Shown here: in pieces, positions 1 through 7,572 of the stretch
How the letters are laid out: each line of letters opens with the position of its first letter
Position numbering within the stretch: position 1 is the first letter of the stretch
Assembly (NCBI GenBank): GCA_048881705.1
Contig: JBHLSH010000098.1
Span: 1-10,910 of the forward strand
Length of the DNA stretch: 10,910 nt
Direction of reading: 5' to 3'
DNA from: Candidatus Heimdallarchaeota archaeon
Lineage (GTDB): Archaea; Asgardarchaeota; Heimdallarchaeia; Hodarchaeales; Hodarchaeaceae
Program-made: the position numbers and the translations under genes
Notes under the pieces: model-generated
What the model was told of the DNA's origin: nothing
The model's database searches: none
Seen by the model: the letters and a program-made list of their open reading frames with translations, nothing else

Positions 1-195
1 CAGGACATTGTCGCGCTGGCATGGGAAGCTGATGAAGTGATATGGTTAGAGCAAACCACAGACACAGATACCACGTCTTCATCCACAGTGTTTTCGGGCA
101 TCTCAAGTGTGATTGGCATCTGGATGACAGCCCATTACCTAGTAAAAAGAAGAAAAAGCCACCCTGGTTACGATACTAAGGGAAAAGCACCGTGA
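1..195 (+). CDS. 3' end (partial) of a membrane-anchored surface protein; last visible segment resembles an FG-GAP/VCBS-type repeat
   Basis: Not in the ORF track. Frame 1 is open from base 1 to TGA 193-195: QDIVALAWEADEVIWLEQ-TTDTDTTSSST-VFSGISSVIGIWMTAHYLV-KRRKSHPGYDTKGKAP*. This gives a Ser/Thr linker, a hydrophobic helix and a basic tail. 'DIVA...DEVIWLE' resembles the end of FG-GAP/VCBS repeats (pattern recognition only). Confidence 0.75.
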   Translation, partial: QDIVALAWEADEVIWLEQTTDTDTTSSSTVFSGISSVIGIWMTAHYLVKRRKSHPGYDTKGKAP

Positions 196-601
196 CAAAT
201 GTGATGGAGTAACGCTAATAGTTAGGGGGAGACGAAGAAAGTGAGGATCCATTCGGCCTGTTTTTGTGTATTCGAGCAAGTCTCCCTCCTGAACTGAGCT
301 GAGTGAGTCAACACCAGCTAGAGTTTTATCTTCTACTTGTATAGTTTTTCAAGTTGAAAATCAGGTATGATGCAGGCGCACACATAATCCGCTCACCCAT
401 CTTTTTTGAGTTAATAGACTCCAATCTAACCATAACGAACGAATTTGCTCACGAAATTGTCTTCCTGGATTATGGTAATAACCATGAACCTGTGTTTCGT
501 GAGAATAATAACGAAAAAGTATATTAGGGGAGGAAGTATGTAAACCTGAAAATTTTCCACAGTGATATTCACTAGGAAAAGGGTACAGAGGTTTCCAAAT
601 C

Positions 602-2281
602 ATGGTAAAAAAAACGTTAATCTTGACATTCGGGCTGATTTTTTGCTTTTCCTTGGTAACTGCCGCTTCTGGTGACGAGCTTGAAGTTGATTCCCAGATA
701 TGGACTTGGACAACAACCAGTGTTATTTCAGACACGAGTGACTGGAGTTCTCAATGGGCAGATATTAAGGCGGATCTTCAAGGAAATCTCCATGTGGTTT
801 GGAATGATGCCGATGCACCGTTTCCTACGGTTACCCAAGATGTGGTATATCAAAGATGGGATGTGAACACAGGATCTTGGGGTGAAATCGAGTTGATTTC
901 GCCATTAGAAAATTCTAGTTCCATAACCCCACGCTTGGATATAGATTCTGATGGTAATGTCCATGTGGTCTGGAGTGAATCGTTTACCTTCTTCAAAGAT
1001 CAATTTGATAGGGACACATGCTATTCTATTAGAAATGCATCTACAGGAGCCTGGACGGGGGTAAGAATGGTTTCGGGAGAAAGTACGGACACATCCTCAC
1101 CTCCCGTAATTGATGTAAACGATAATGGAATCGTAGGCATCGCGTGGGCAGACCCGACTGATTATGATGGAGCCGGATCGGATTATGATATCTTTATGAA
1201 GTATTATAATGTGACTGCAAACCGATGGAGCAGCTTAGAGGTGGTTTCGGAATCCGCCTATAAATCTACATCGCCTGATATCGCAGTAAATCCCGATGGC
1301 GATATTCAAATTGTATGGATGGAAGAAGATGTAGGTACATCCTCCGATATAGCCTATAGATACTTTGATAGTGAAAGTCAATCTTGGAGTGCGCAGATCG
1401 ATCTAACCACTGAAGTAACCGCTAGTGAGGCGGAGTTTCCCTCCATCATCACAGAATCCCAATATACTCATGTGGTGTGGAACGATGGATACGACGACCT
1501 CTTGAATTCTGGGGCCGATCGCGATTTGTATTACAAACGGTTGGACAAATCCTTGGGTACCTGGACTGATCTGGCGCTCCTGACTCCCGAATGCAGTGGC
1601 CATTCGGATGACCCGCAGCTGGCCTTAGATGCGTTCGGGAACCTTTACGTGGTATGGGATGACAGTACCAATATTGCGGGGACAACGGGGAGTGACGTCG
1701 ATATCCTGCTGAAATCTTGGAACAAATCGACCGATAGTTGGAATCCCATCAATGTGGTATCAACGGAAAGTGGCAGGAATAGTGATCAAGCGAAAGTTTG
1801 TGTGGATCTCTTCAATTTTGTCCATGTGGTATGGACAGACCTCAGTGATTTTGGGGGAGCCGACCTCGATGAAGATATTTTTTACAAAAAGTTCGCAGGT
1901 TTACCTTATCCACCAGTCTTGTCTTCGATCAGTCCAAATCCTGACACTGATGGCACCGTGAAATTACAATGGAGTTCCTCATTTGGGGGTCATGAATATT
2001 CCATCTATCGCGATTCAGAGGAGATTAGCTCAGTATCGGGGATAACACCCCTCCATACGACCGTTGAAACTAGTTATACTGACGAGATTAATACGAGCGG
2101 TCTTTATTACTATGTTATTACAGCCAATAATCCGGTTGGGGAGAGTGCATTATCTAATGTTGAATCGGTGACCATAAATCTACCTACCACGTCAGAACCA
2201 ACGGGCGTGAGTTTTACAATCGTTTTCATGAGTCTGGTAGGAATTGCAGCTGTAGTCGAAACCAAACGGAAGCATCACTAA
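602..2281 (+). CDS. Secreted surface protein: signal peptide, 7-repeat beta-propeller (aa ~33-431), fibronectin type III domain (aa ~435-525), C-terminal TM anchor
   Basis: N-terminal MVKK + hydrophobic stretch. Seven ~55-60 aa repeats centred on GNLHVVWND, GNVHVVWSE, GIVGIAWAD, GDIQIVWME, YTHVVWND, GNLYVVWDD, FVHVVWTD. FN3 signature VKLQWS...YSIYR...SYTD...YYYVITANNPVGES..SN. Ends in PTTSEP-TM-KRKHH. Five N-x-S/T sequons (NSS, NAS, NVT, NKS, NTS). Confidence 0.85.
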   Translation: MVKKTLILTFGLIFCFSLVTAASGDELEVDSQIWTWTTTSVISDTSDWSSQWADIKADLQGNLHVVWNDADAPFPTVTQDVVYQRWDVNTGSWGEIELISPLENSSSITPRLDIDSDGNVHVVWSESFTFFKDQFDRDTCYSIRNASTGAWTGVRMVSGESTDTSSPPVIDVNDNGIVGIAWADPTDYDGAGSDYDIFMKYYNVTANRWSSLEVVSESAYKSTSPDIAVNPDGDIQIVWMEEDVGTSSDIAYRYFDSESQSWSAQIDLTTEVTASEAEFPSIITESQYTHVVWNDGYDDLLNSGADRDLYYKRLDKSLGTWTDLALLTPECSGHSDDPQLALDAFGNLYVVWDDSTNIAGTTGSDVDILLKSWNKSTDSWNPINVVSTESGRNSDQAKVCVDLFNFVHVVWTDLSDFGGADLDEDIFYKKFAGLPYPPVLSSISPNPDTDGTVKLQWSSSFGGHEYSIYRDSEEISSVSGITPLHTTVETSYTDEINTSGLYYYVITANNPVGESALSNVESVTINLPTTSEPTGVSFTIVFMSLVGIAAVVETKRKHH

Positions 2282-2335
2282 GAGATGCTTATGTAACCAA
2301 TGCTAGTATTGCTGGGGATTATCGAGGCTTCGGAC

Positions 2336-2710
2336 ATGAAACTTGAACCCATGATTTATACCACTAATATGGAAAATTCTATAGTGTTTTACCGGGATGT
2401 TTTAGGATTTGAAATCGATGAATTCTATCCAGATAGGCAAAAGCCCTCCTGGGTAGCCATTCGCATTGGAAATGATCGGTTGGGTATTGGGAAGACCTTT
2501 GCTGACATTAACCACAAGCTCCATCCAAGAGGAGTGGATGGTTCTGGAGTGCAATTCTATATTCAGGTCGCAAATGTGGATCAGATCTATGAAAAATATC
2601 GAAACAAAGTAGAAATAATTGATGACATTGAAACCAAACCATGGGGAGACCGAGAATTTACATTCAAAGATCCAGATGGATATTTGATTTCCTTCTATTC
2701 AAAAACATAG
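2336..2710 (+). CDS. VOC family protein (glyoxalase/bleomycin resistance)
   Basis: MKLEPMIYTTNMENSIVFYRDVLGFE...VQFYIQVANVDQIYEK...KPWGDREFTFKDPDGYLISF is the classic VOC pattern. The ORF is open from 2300, but the domain starts at ATG 2336. Confidence 0.92.
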   Translation: MKLEPMIYTTNMENSIVFYRDVLGFEIDEFYPDRQKPSWVAIRIGNDRLGIGKTFADINHKLHPRGVDGSGVQFYIQVANVDQIYEKYRNKVEIIDDIETKPWGDREFTFKDPDGYLISFYSKT

Positions 2711-2817
2711 GAGCTGGGGGATACAAGACTGAGAAATGATAGAATTCCAAGTATCTGAAAATTTGAATGCATTCAGGAAGTAATCGAAAAACTTGGCCCA
2801 GAATGGTGACGGAAGCT

Positions 2818-3312
2818 ATGAATAAGAGGCAAGCCATTCATTTTCTGACGACTAATCATGAAAATCTGAAAAAAACGATAGGTAGATTAGAAAGACATCA
2901 AATCACTGAAGAGATTATTTCTGACATGGGGACAGCAAAAGATATCATCGTCCATATTTCTGCGTGGAATTTCGAAATTAAGAAAGCTATTGATGACCTG
3001 CTAAACGATGGCAAGCCTTGGTTTATCAATGAAGAGGAGCTGACTGAAGCAAAGTTCAATGAAGAGGCAATTGAACAGAGAAAAAACTGGCAATTAGACC
3101 AAATCCTAGAAGAGTGGCAGATTTCATTTGAACAATTAATTCAACGGATACAAAAACTTGTAAACGCAGAATGGAACTATCAAACTCCGTTTGAATGGAT
3201 TAAGGATATGCCAGTTACCGTAAGCTCATTGTTTGACTATAAATATCGAGGGGAGGGACACGAAGGGGGGCATGCCAAGCAGATTGAGGAGTTCTATTTA
3301 GTTAGGCTGTGA
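2818..3312 (+). CDS. DinB-superfamily four-helix bundle protein (ClbS/DfsB/DUF1706-like)
   Basis: TAKDIIVHISAW and C-terminal GHEGGHAKQIE give the DinB-type His triad. The start is uncertain (ATG at 2767, 2803 or 2818). Confidence 0.8.
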   Translation: MNKRQAIHFLTTNHENLKKTIGRLERHQITEEIISDMGTAKDIIVHISAWNFEIKKAIDDLLNDGKPWFINEEELTEAKFNEEAIEQRKNWQLDQILEEWQISFEQLIQRIQKLVNAEWNYQTPFEWIKDMPVTVSSLFDYKYRGEGHEGGHAKQIEEFYLVRL

Positions 3313-3486
3313 ATCTAGATGATTCAACCGTCGTCAAATATCTCTTTTGCGACATTAGAGCATCGAAAGCGAAAATAATGATTGAACCTAACGATACACA
3401 ATCTTGCGGAATAATAGATGCTTAATGTGGCTTTCTTTAGTTCGGCTACATCCTTTATTAAACAAAGTATAATAATGGAATAAGAC

Positions 3487-3493
3487 GAGGTGA
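3487..3493 (+). promoter_or_regulatory. Shine-Dalgarno sequence (GAGGTGA) of the longin-like gene; TATA-like TTTATTAAA at 3454-3462
   Basis: GAGGTGA lies 4 nt before ATG 3498, with an AT-rich box about 35-45 nt upstream of the start. Confidence 0.6.
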
Positions 3494-3497
3494 GGTG

Positions 3498-3815
3498 ATG
3501 GTCTCGAGGATTGAAGCCATTTATTTAATCAAAGATGGATTGTGCCTGTACAAGACGTTATTTGATCCAAACGCCCCTGATTACGATATTATATCCGGGT
3601 TTATCAAGGCTATTTCAGATTTTGGACAGGCAACCATAGGGAAACCGTTGGCAGCTGTCAAATTTGAAGAACGAGATGAGCTTAATGCCTCGTACCTCAT
3701 TTTGGAACATGGAGTCGTATTTTTACTTGCCTTCCTAATCGTTTTACGAAAAGATCAAGTGGAAATGGAGGACAAGACAATTCGAGAGAAGATGCGAACT
3801 CCCGCATGTTCATAA
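3498..3815 (+). CDS. Longin-like domain protein (Asgard type), apparently 3'-truncated
   Basis: IEAIYLIKDGLCLY...F...D.DIISGFIKAISDFGQATIGKPL..VKF...YLILEH..VFLLAFLIV fits beta-beta-alpha-beta-beta-beta of the longin fold. The second helix (EDKTIREKMR) runs into TPACS* and no third helix follows. A strong SD supports the start. Confidence 0.65.
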   Translation: MVSRIEAIYLIKDGLCLYKTLFDPNAPDYDIISGFIKAISDFGQATIGKPLAAVKFEERDELNASYLILEHGVVFLLAFLIVLRKDQVEMEDKTIREKMRTPACS

Positions 3816-4057
3816 AGGGCATAACTCTTAAGGGCCTTGGCTAGGAGGATCGTCTCTTCAATCAGGGTACTATCTGTCTCCAGAGATTTTAGGTGGAGAA
3901 GTGCTTTGGCACTGTTACCCTCCTCATAGAGCAGCCGCTCTATTCGGCTAATCTCAGTATTTCCCGAATTCAAAGAGCCTTTTGACCTCCTTTGAACCAG
4001 TTGCCGGCGTTTAGAAGCAAGAGATATTAGGTATTTGGAACCACGGTATGACCACAT
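3755..4057 (-). pseudogene. TPR-like helical gene remnant
   Basis: IERLLYEEGNSAKALLHLKSL and ILLAKALKSYALYEHA resemble TPR helices. The start context is poor, and the last ~60 bp overlap the longin ORF in antisense. Confidence 0.35.
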
Positions 4058-4179
4058 GTATTGTATACATAATATTTTCTTGGTTTCATAATATTTGGCT
4101 TCACAACTACGCCATGGTAACCACTTTTACATAAAAAGATTAACTGAGGTATCAATTGAGGGAGTAAACGGCAAGACCA

Positions 4180-5163
4180 CTATATCCTAAACAAATCCTC
4201 CGCATTTTTTAGATACATTTTTGCCAACGTCGATTGAGGCAAATTTAATCCGTTTATCTTTGTCCTTTTAGAGTTATCTTTATCTTTAAACGGTAATGGA
4301 GCCTTATGGGACGTTTCCCAAAACAAACGTTGAGCCCAGTAACGACTTCCCCAATAATATTCCCGTCGGTGTTTACTAAGAAAAAACTTCAGATTAAATT
4401 CGAAATTCCCGAGATCGGAGCCAAATAATACTCGATCTTGATATTTTTCAAGCCATTCTTTAGATTTCATCACATTTTTTCCAAGTTCACGAATCATCCA
4501 CCGAGTAGAGGCCGTATCTACAAATAATCGGGGGTGTTTATCCAATAATTCACCTAATCTTGGCAAATCTTCAGGTAAACATCCTAGATGGGCAGATATC
4601 ATTGTAATCTTGGGAAATTTTTCAAGTAGATTGGAGAAATCATTGATCCGATCTTCTTTCGACCCATATTTCTGTTCATTTCTGTACCTATTAACGTATG
4701 AAACATCTGGATCTGCCACGTGCACTAAAACAGTCATATCATAATCTTCTATATGAGAATAAACAGAATCCAGTCGGGGATCGTTAATCCGAAAGGGGGC
4801 ATGTGTCCGACCAAATAATTGAAATAGGGGACCAAAAAATATCTTCACAAAGCGGATATCATTCACATGTGCCTTATCGATCTGCTCCTGAAGTTTCTGA
4901 ACTTTGAATTCTAAGAAATTAGATGAGCTGAGGTAATCACAAAAAACAATATTTCTGGTAATGTCTTTTTCTTCTAATTTTCGTTTTAAATCTCCTTTTC
5001 CTATTCCTAATATCTTTTCAACCCCAAATAGCCGAATAAGCTCCAAATATTCAGATAAATATCTTTGGCCCCAAAGATGGACATGAGAATCAAATATCCT
5101 GTAAGGGAGCCTGTTTTCAAGACCGACTAAGGGGTTTGAAATAGAGAAAATCCTTTCAACCAA
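4180..5163 (-). CDS. Amidohydrolase_2-type metal-dependent TIM-barrel hydrolase
   Basis: FDSHVH (HxH), VLVHVAD, SAHLG, LFVDTAS, RVLFGSD and MYLKNAEDLF motifs. TTG start at 5163; the true start may be a few codons downstream. Confidence 0.9.
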   Translation of the reverse strand: MVERIFSISNPLVGLENRLPYRIFDSHVHLWGQRYLSEYLELIRLFGVEKILGIGKGDLKRKLEEKDITRNIVFCDYLSSSNFLEFKVQKLQEQIDKAHVNDIRFVKIFFGPLFQLFGRTHAPFRINDPRLDSVYSHIEDYDMTVLVHVADPDVSYVNRYRNEQKYGSKEDRINDFSNLLEKFPKITMISAHLGCLPEDLPRLGELLDKHPRLFVDTASTRWMIRELGKNVMKSKEWLEKYQDRVLFGSDLGNFEFNLKFFLSKHRREYYWGSRYWAQRLFWETSHKAPLPFKDKDNSKRTKINGLNLPQSTLAKMYLKNAEDLFRI

Positions 5164-5221
5164 CCTTCCAATTTTTGAATGAATGAAGTTAGATTGAAAA
5201 GAATATCTTCCAAAAAAAATG

Positions 5222-5307
5222 GGGATCTTTCGGAAAAAGAATATCTCCGTAAATATCGCGAAATTTCAACACCAAAAGAGGAGATATTAACCACGAATAA
5301 AGATCCC
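5222..5307. repeat. Two nested perfect 9-bp inverted repeats between the divergent amidohydrolases, next to a 12-bp direct repeat
   Basis: GGGATCTTT 5222-5230 pairs with AAAGATCCC 5299-5307. AATATCTCC 5240-5248 pairs with GGAGATATT 5280-5288. Direct repeat AAAAGAATATCT at 5197-5208 and 5235-5246. Confidence 0.7.
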
Positions 5308-5358
5308 TAAGAAAAAAATAGTAAAAACGAGATAAATAACTCAAGAAAATACTCCCTT

Positions 5359-7017
5359 ATGAATGATGCGGTACTAACGGAACTTTTCCATGAAATGAAG
5401 GTTAATTATTTCATTTCCGAACTATCAAGGAGATTAAAACCTGAAAACTTGATGTTGAAAGGTGTTCACGTCATTCCGCTTGCACAGGATGGCCGAGCAA
5501 ATAGAAATTCCGATATAACCATAAAAAACGGGATTATAACATCCATTGAAAGTCACTCAACGAGGGAACGAGGATCAGATTTTCGTGCATTAGAGTTCCC
5601 AGGCAAATACGTAATCCCAGGTCTTGTAGATGCGCATGTTCACATGTTAAGTAGTAACAGGGATTTCTTACTTAATTTGGTAAATGGAATTACAACAATT
5701 CGAGAAATGTGTGGATTCCCTTGGTTACTAAACTTAAAACGAGCAATCCAAGTAGGAAAGTTTTTGGCTCCAGACTTGTTTGTAGGAGGGCATATGTTAA
5801 ATTATGAACCATTTAATGATTATACAACTGTGGTTCGTACAGAACATGAGGTCAAAAGAGCTATTGATAAGCAACACTCCTTGGGGTATGATTTCATTAA
5901 AGTTTGGAACCATATGCCCCTTGAACTTTTGCGAGTGATTGGAGAATACGCCCATCAAAAAGGATTAACGGTAAGTGCGCATATTCCTCATGGAATAACG
6001 GTTAAACAAGCAGTTGAAGCTGGAATTCGAAGTTTTGAGCATTTCAAGGGATATTTAGATGATAGAACGATAAAATTAACTGAAGAGGATTATGTACAAG
6101 AAACTCCAACAAAAAATGTTTGGAATTGCCCGACCTTCATAACTTTCAAAATGGATGGTCTGATAGGAGAGGAAGCCATTAGTTATTTGAATCAAGAAGA
6201 ACGTTTCAACTATATATCTCCATATGAACGAGAAAACTGGGAGAAGGAGATTAAAAACAGGACACAACAAGTAGAAAACCTTAAATGGAACATACCTAAG
6301 GATCATTATCACTTGCAGGTGGAGATTTTTCAAAGTTTGCTCCAAAAAGAGGGAATCCAGTTCCTATGTGGTACGGATTTGGGAGGAGGTGCCCCGCTTT
6401 CAAGTCAAGGATTTGGACTAATTGACGAAATTGAAATCATGAATTCCTTGGGATTGAGGCATCTGGAAACTTTGAGAGCTGCTACAGTTAATCCTGCAAA
6501 AGTGCTTCAAGCTGATAATGAATTTGGTAAAATTGCAGTAAATATGAAGGCCAATCTTGTCATATTAAATGAAAATCCTCTAGAAACCCTAGATACGTTG
6601 AAGAGGGATAAAGATATCGTGATTCGGGGCATTTATATAAGCGACAGTGAAAGAAAATCCATTTTGGAATCTATCAAAGGTATTTACAAATTAAAACCAC
6701 TTCTGGATACATCAACCAAAGAATTGACAGAAGCATTGTTAGAATACTACCTCTCACCAGAAAACCGTCTATATCTAAAACCCCCCTACATTCGGTTGTT
6801 TGCGGAGTATCTAAATAGTAACAATATGCACAAAGAGGCGGGAAAATTATTAAAAATAAATTTAAGGATTTCAAATACTTTTTTTGATTATAAAGAGTTG
6901 GCGCGGCATTATGAACGACTTGGATCAGAGATGGAAGCGAGAAAATATTATTCCGAGACTCTAGCTATGAATCCTTATGACGTCGACGCACAATCTTATG
7001 TCCAAAATCATCCCTGA
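5359..7017 (+). CDS. Metal-dependent amidohydrolase (Amidohydro_1-like) with C-terminal TPR module
   Basis: VIPGLVDAHVH, NGITTIREM, DFIKVW, SAHIP, FEHF, CGTD, AATVNPAKVL and GKIAVNMKANLVIL motifs. From aa ~478 (nt 6790) it is TPR-like: EAGKLLKIN...YKELARHYERLG...ARKYYSETLAMNPYDVDA. Confidence 0.9.
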   Translation: MNDAVLTELFHEMKVNYFISELSRRLKPENLMLKGVHVIPLAQDGRANRNSDITIKNGIITSIESHSTRERGSDFRALEFPGKYVIPGLVDAHVHMLSSNRDFLLNLVNGITTIREMCGFPWLLNLKRAIQVGKFLAPDLFVGGHMLNYEPFNDYTTVVRTEHEVKRAIDKQHSLGYDFIKVWNHMPLELLRVIGEYAHQKGLTVSAHIPHGITVKQAVEAGIRSFEHFKGYLDDRTIKLTEEDYVQETPTKNVWNCPTFITFKMDGLIGEEAISYLNQEERFNYISPYERENWEKEIKNRTQQVENLKWNIPKDHYHLQVEIFQSLLQKEGIQFLCGTDLGGGAPLSSQGFGLIDEIEIMNSLGLRHLETLRAATVNPAKVLQADNEFGKIAVNMKANLVILNENPLETLDTLKRDKDIVIRGIYISDSERKSILESIKGIYKLKPLLDTSTKELTEALLEYYLSPENRLYLKPPYIRLFAEYLNSNNMHKEAGKLLKINLRISNTFFDYKELARHYERLGSEMEARKYYSETLAMNPYDVDAQSYVQNHP

Positions 7018-7056
7018 TTATGTAACGGGATCTCACCCCTCGCAAAAAGCAAGACA

Positions 7057-7572
7057 TTACGATAAGAGGATTTTCAGCCGCCCACGAGGTCGTGGTTCAT
7101 GCCAATAACTGAATGTCCATTCTATTACTGCGGTTACGCCTGGTTCATATTCATAATCATTTAAGTTTAAACTTGTAACAAACTGGATTCGCTCATCAGC
7201 ATCCATGAATAATACATGGGGCGCTGGCGGCACTTGAAATGGCGGGCTCGGTCCCGTTTGAGGTTTGACTCTAATTTCGTCGTGGTTTACGATTCTTAGA
7301 TAAAATATCTCTGGAGAAGGAAGAATTGGTACTTCCACAGTAAATCTATTTGTATTTTCCAACCAACCCATTAGGGTTAGATAAGATTTCCCCCGTTCAA
7401 TTTCGTTGTTAACAGTGAAATTGAGGCCGTTGGGGGTGGGAGGGATTGAATGGTTACCCTTATCATCCCACCAAAACCCCCGTTTCATTTTCCAAATATT
7501 CCCATACTTGGTGTCTTTTCCAAAAATCTTATCAGTCATGAGAAGATACCCTTTGACTTTTTTGGTGCTCAT
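7057..7572 (-). CDS. Hypothetical protein, 171 aa, predicted beta-rich and cytoplasmic
   Basis: ATG-TAA ORF that fills the gap between two clear genes without overlap. No signal peptide or TM segment, and no family recognised. Confidence 0.7.
   Translation of the reverse strand: MSTKKVKGYLLMTDKIFGKDTKYGNIWKMKRGFWWDDKGNHSIPPTPNGLNFTVNNEIERGKSYLTLMGWLENTNRFTVEVPILPSPEIFYLRIVNHDEIRVKPQTGPSPPFQVPPAPHVLFMDADERIQFVTSLNLNDYEYEPGVTAVIEWTFSYWHEPRPRGRLKILLS

Noticed and set aside
218-296. Long-range pairing AGGGGGAGAC (224-233) with GTCTCCCTCCT (280-290) after the first gene, considered as a SECIS or ncRNA
   Set aside because: It needs bulges and G-U pairs, has an unstructured 46-nt loop and shows no SECIS core. 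No in-frame UGA recoding is visible in the window.
361-735. 124-aa minus-strand ORF
   Set aside because: Its N-terminal part is antisense to the signal peptide of 602-2281, and it has no recognisable motif.
672-1961. ORFs 672-866, 1403-1603, 1449-1685 and 1752-1961
   Set aside because: They are alternative-frame or antisense shadows inside the well-supported propeller gene.
602-5163. Apparent GC drop from the surface gene (one 60-nt line 47%) to the amidohydrolase (one line 28%) as a sign of horizontal transfer
   Set aside because: It rests on two hand-counted lines only, amino-acid composition could explain part of it, and no integrase, tRNA or boundary repeats are present.
5197-5250. Resemblance of GAATATCTTCCA / GAATATCTCCGT to the PadR operator (GAATATTCCA)
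   Set aside because: The match needs insertions and lacks the left TGG/CGG half-site, so a shared regulon is not supported without a genome-wide motif scan.
6076-6874. Minus-strand ORFs 6076-6345 and 6674-6874
   Set aside because: They are antisense to the amidohydrolase and lack protein-like features.
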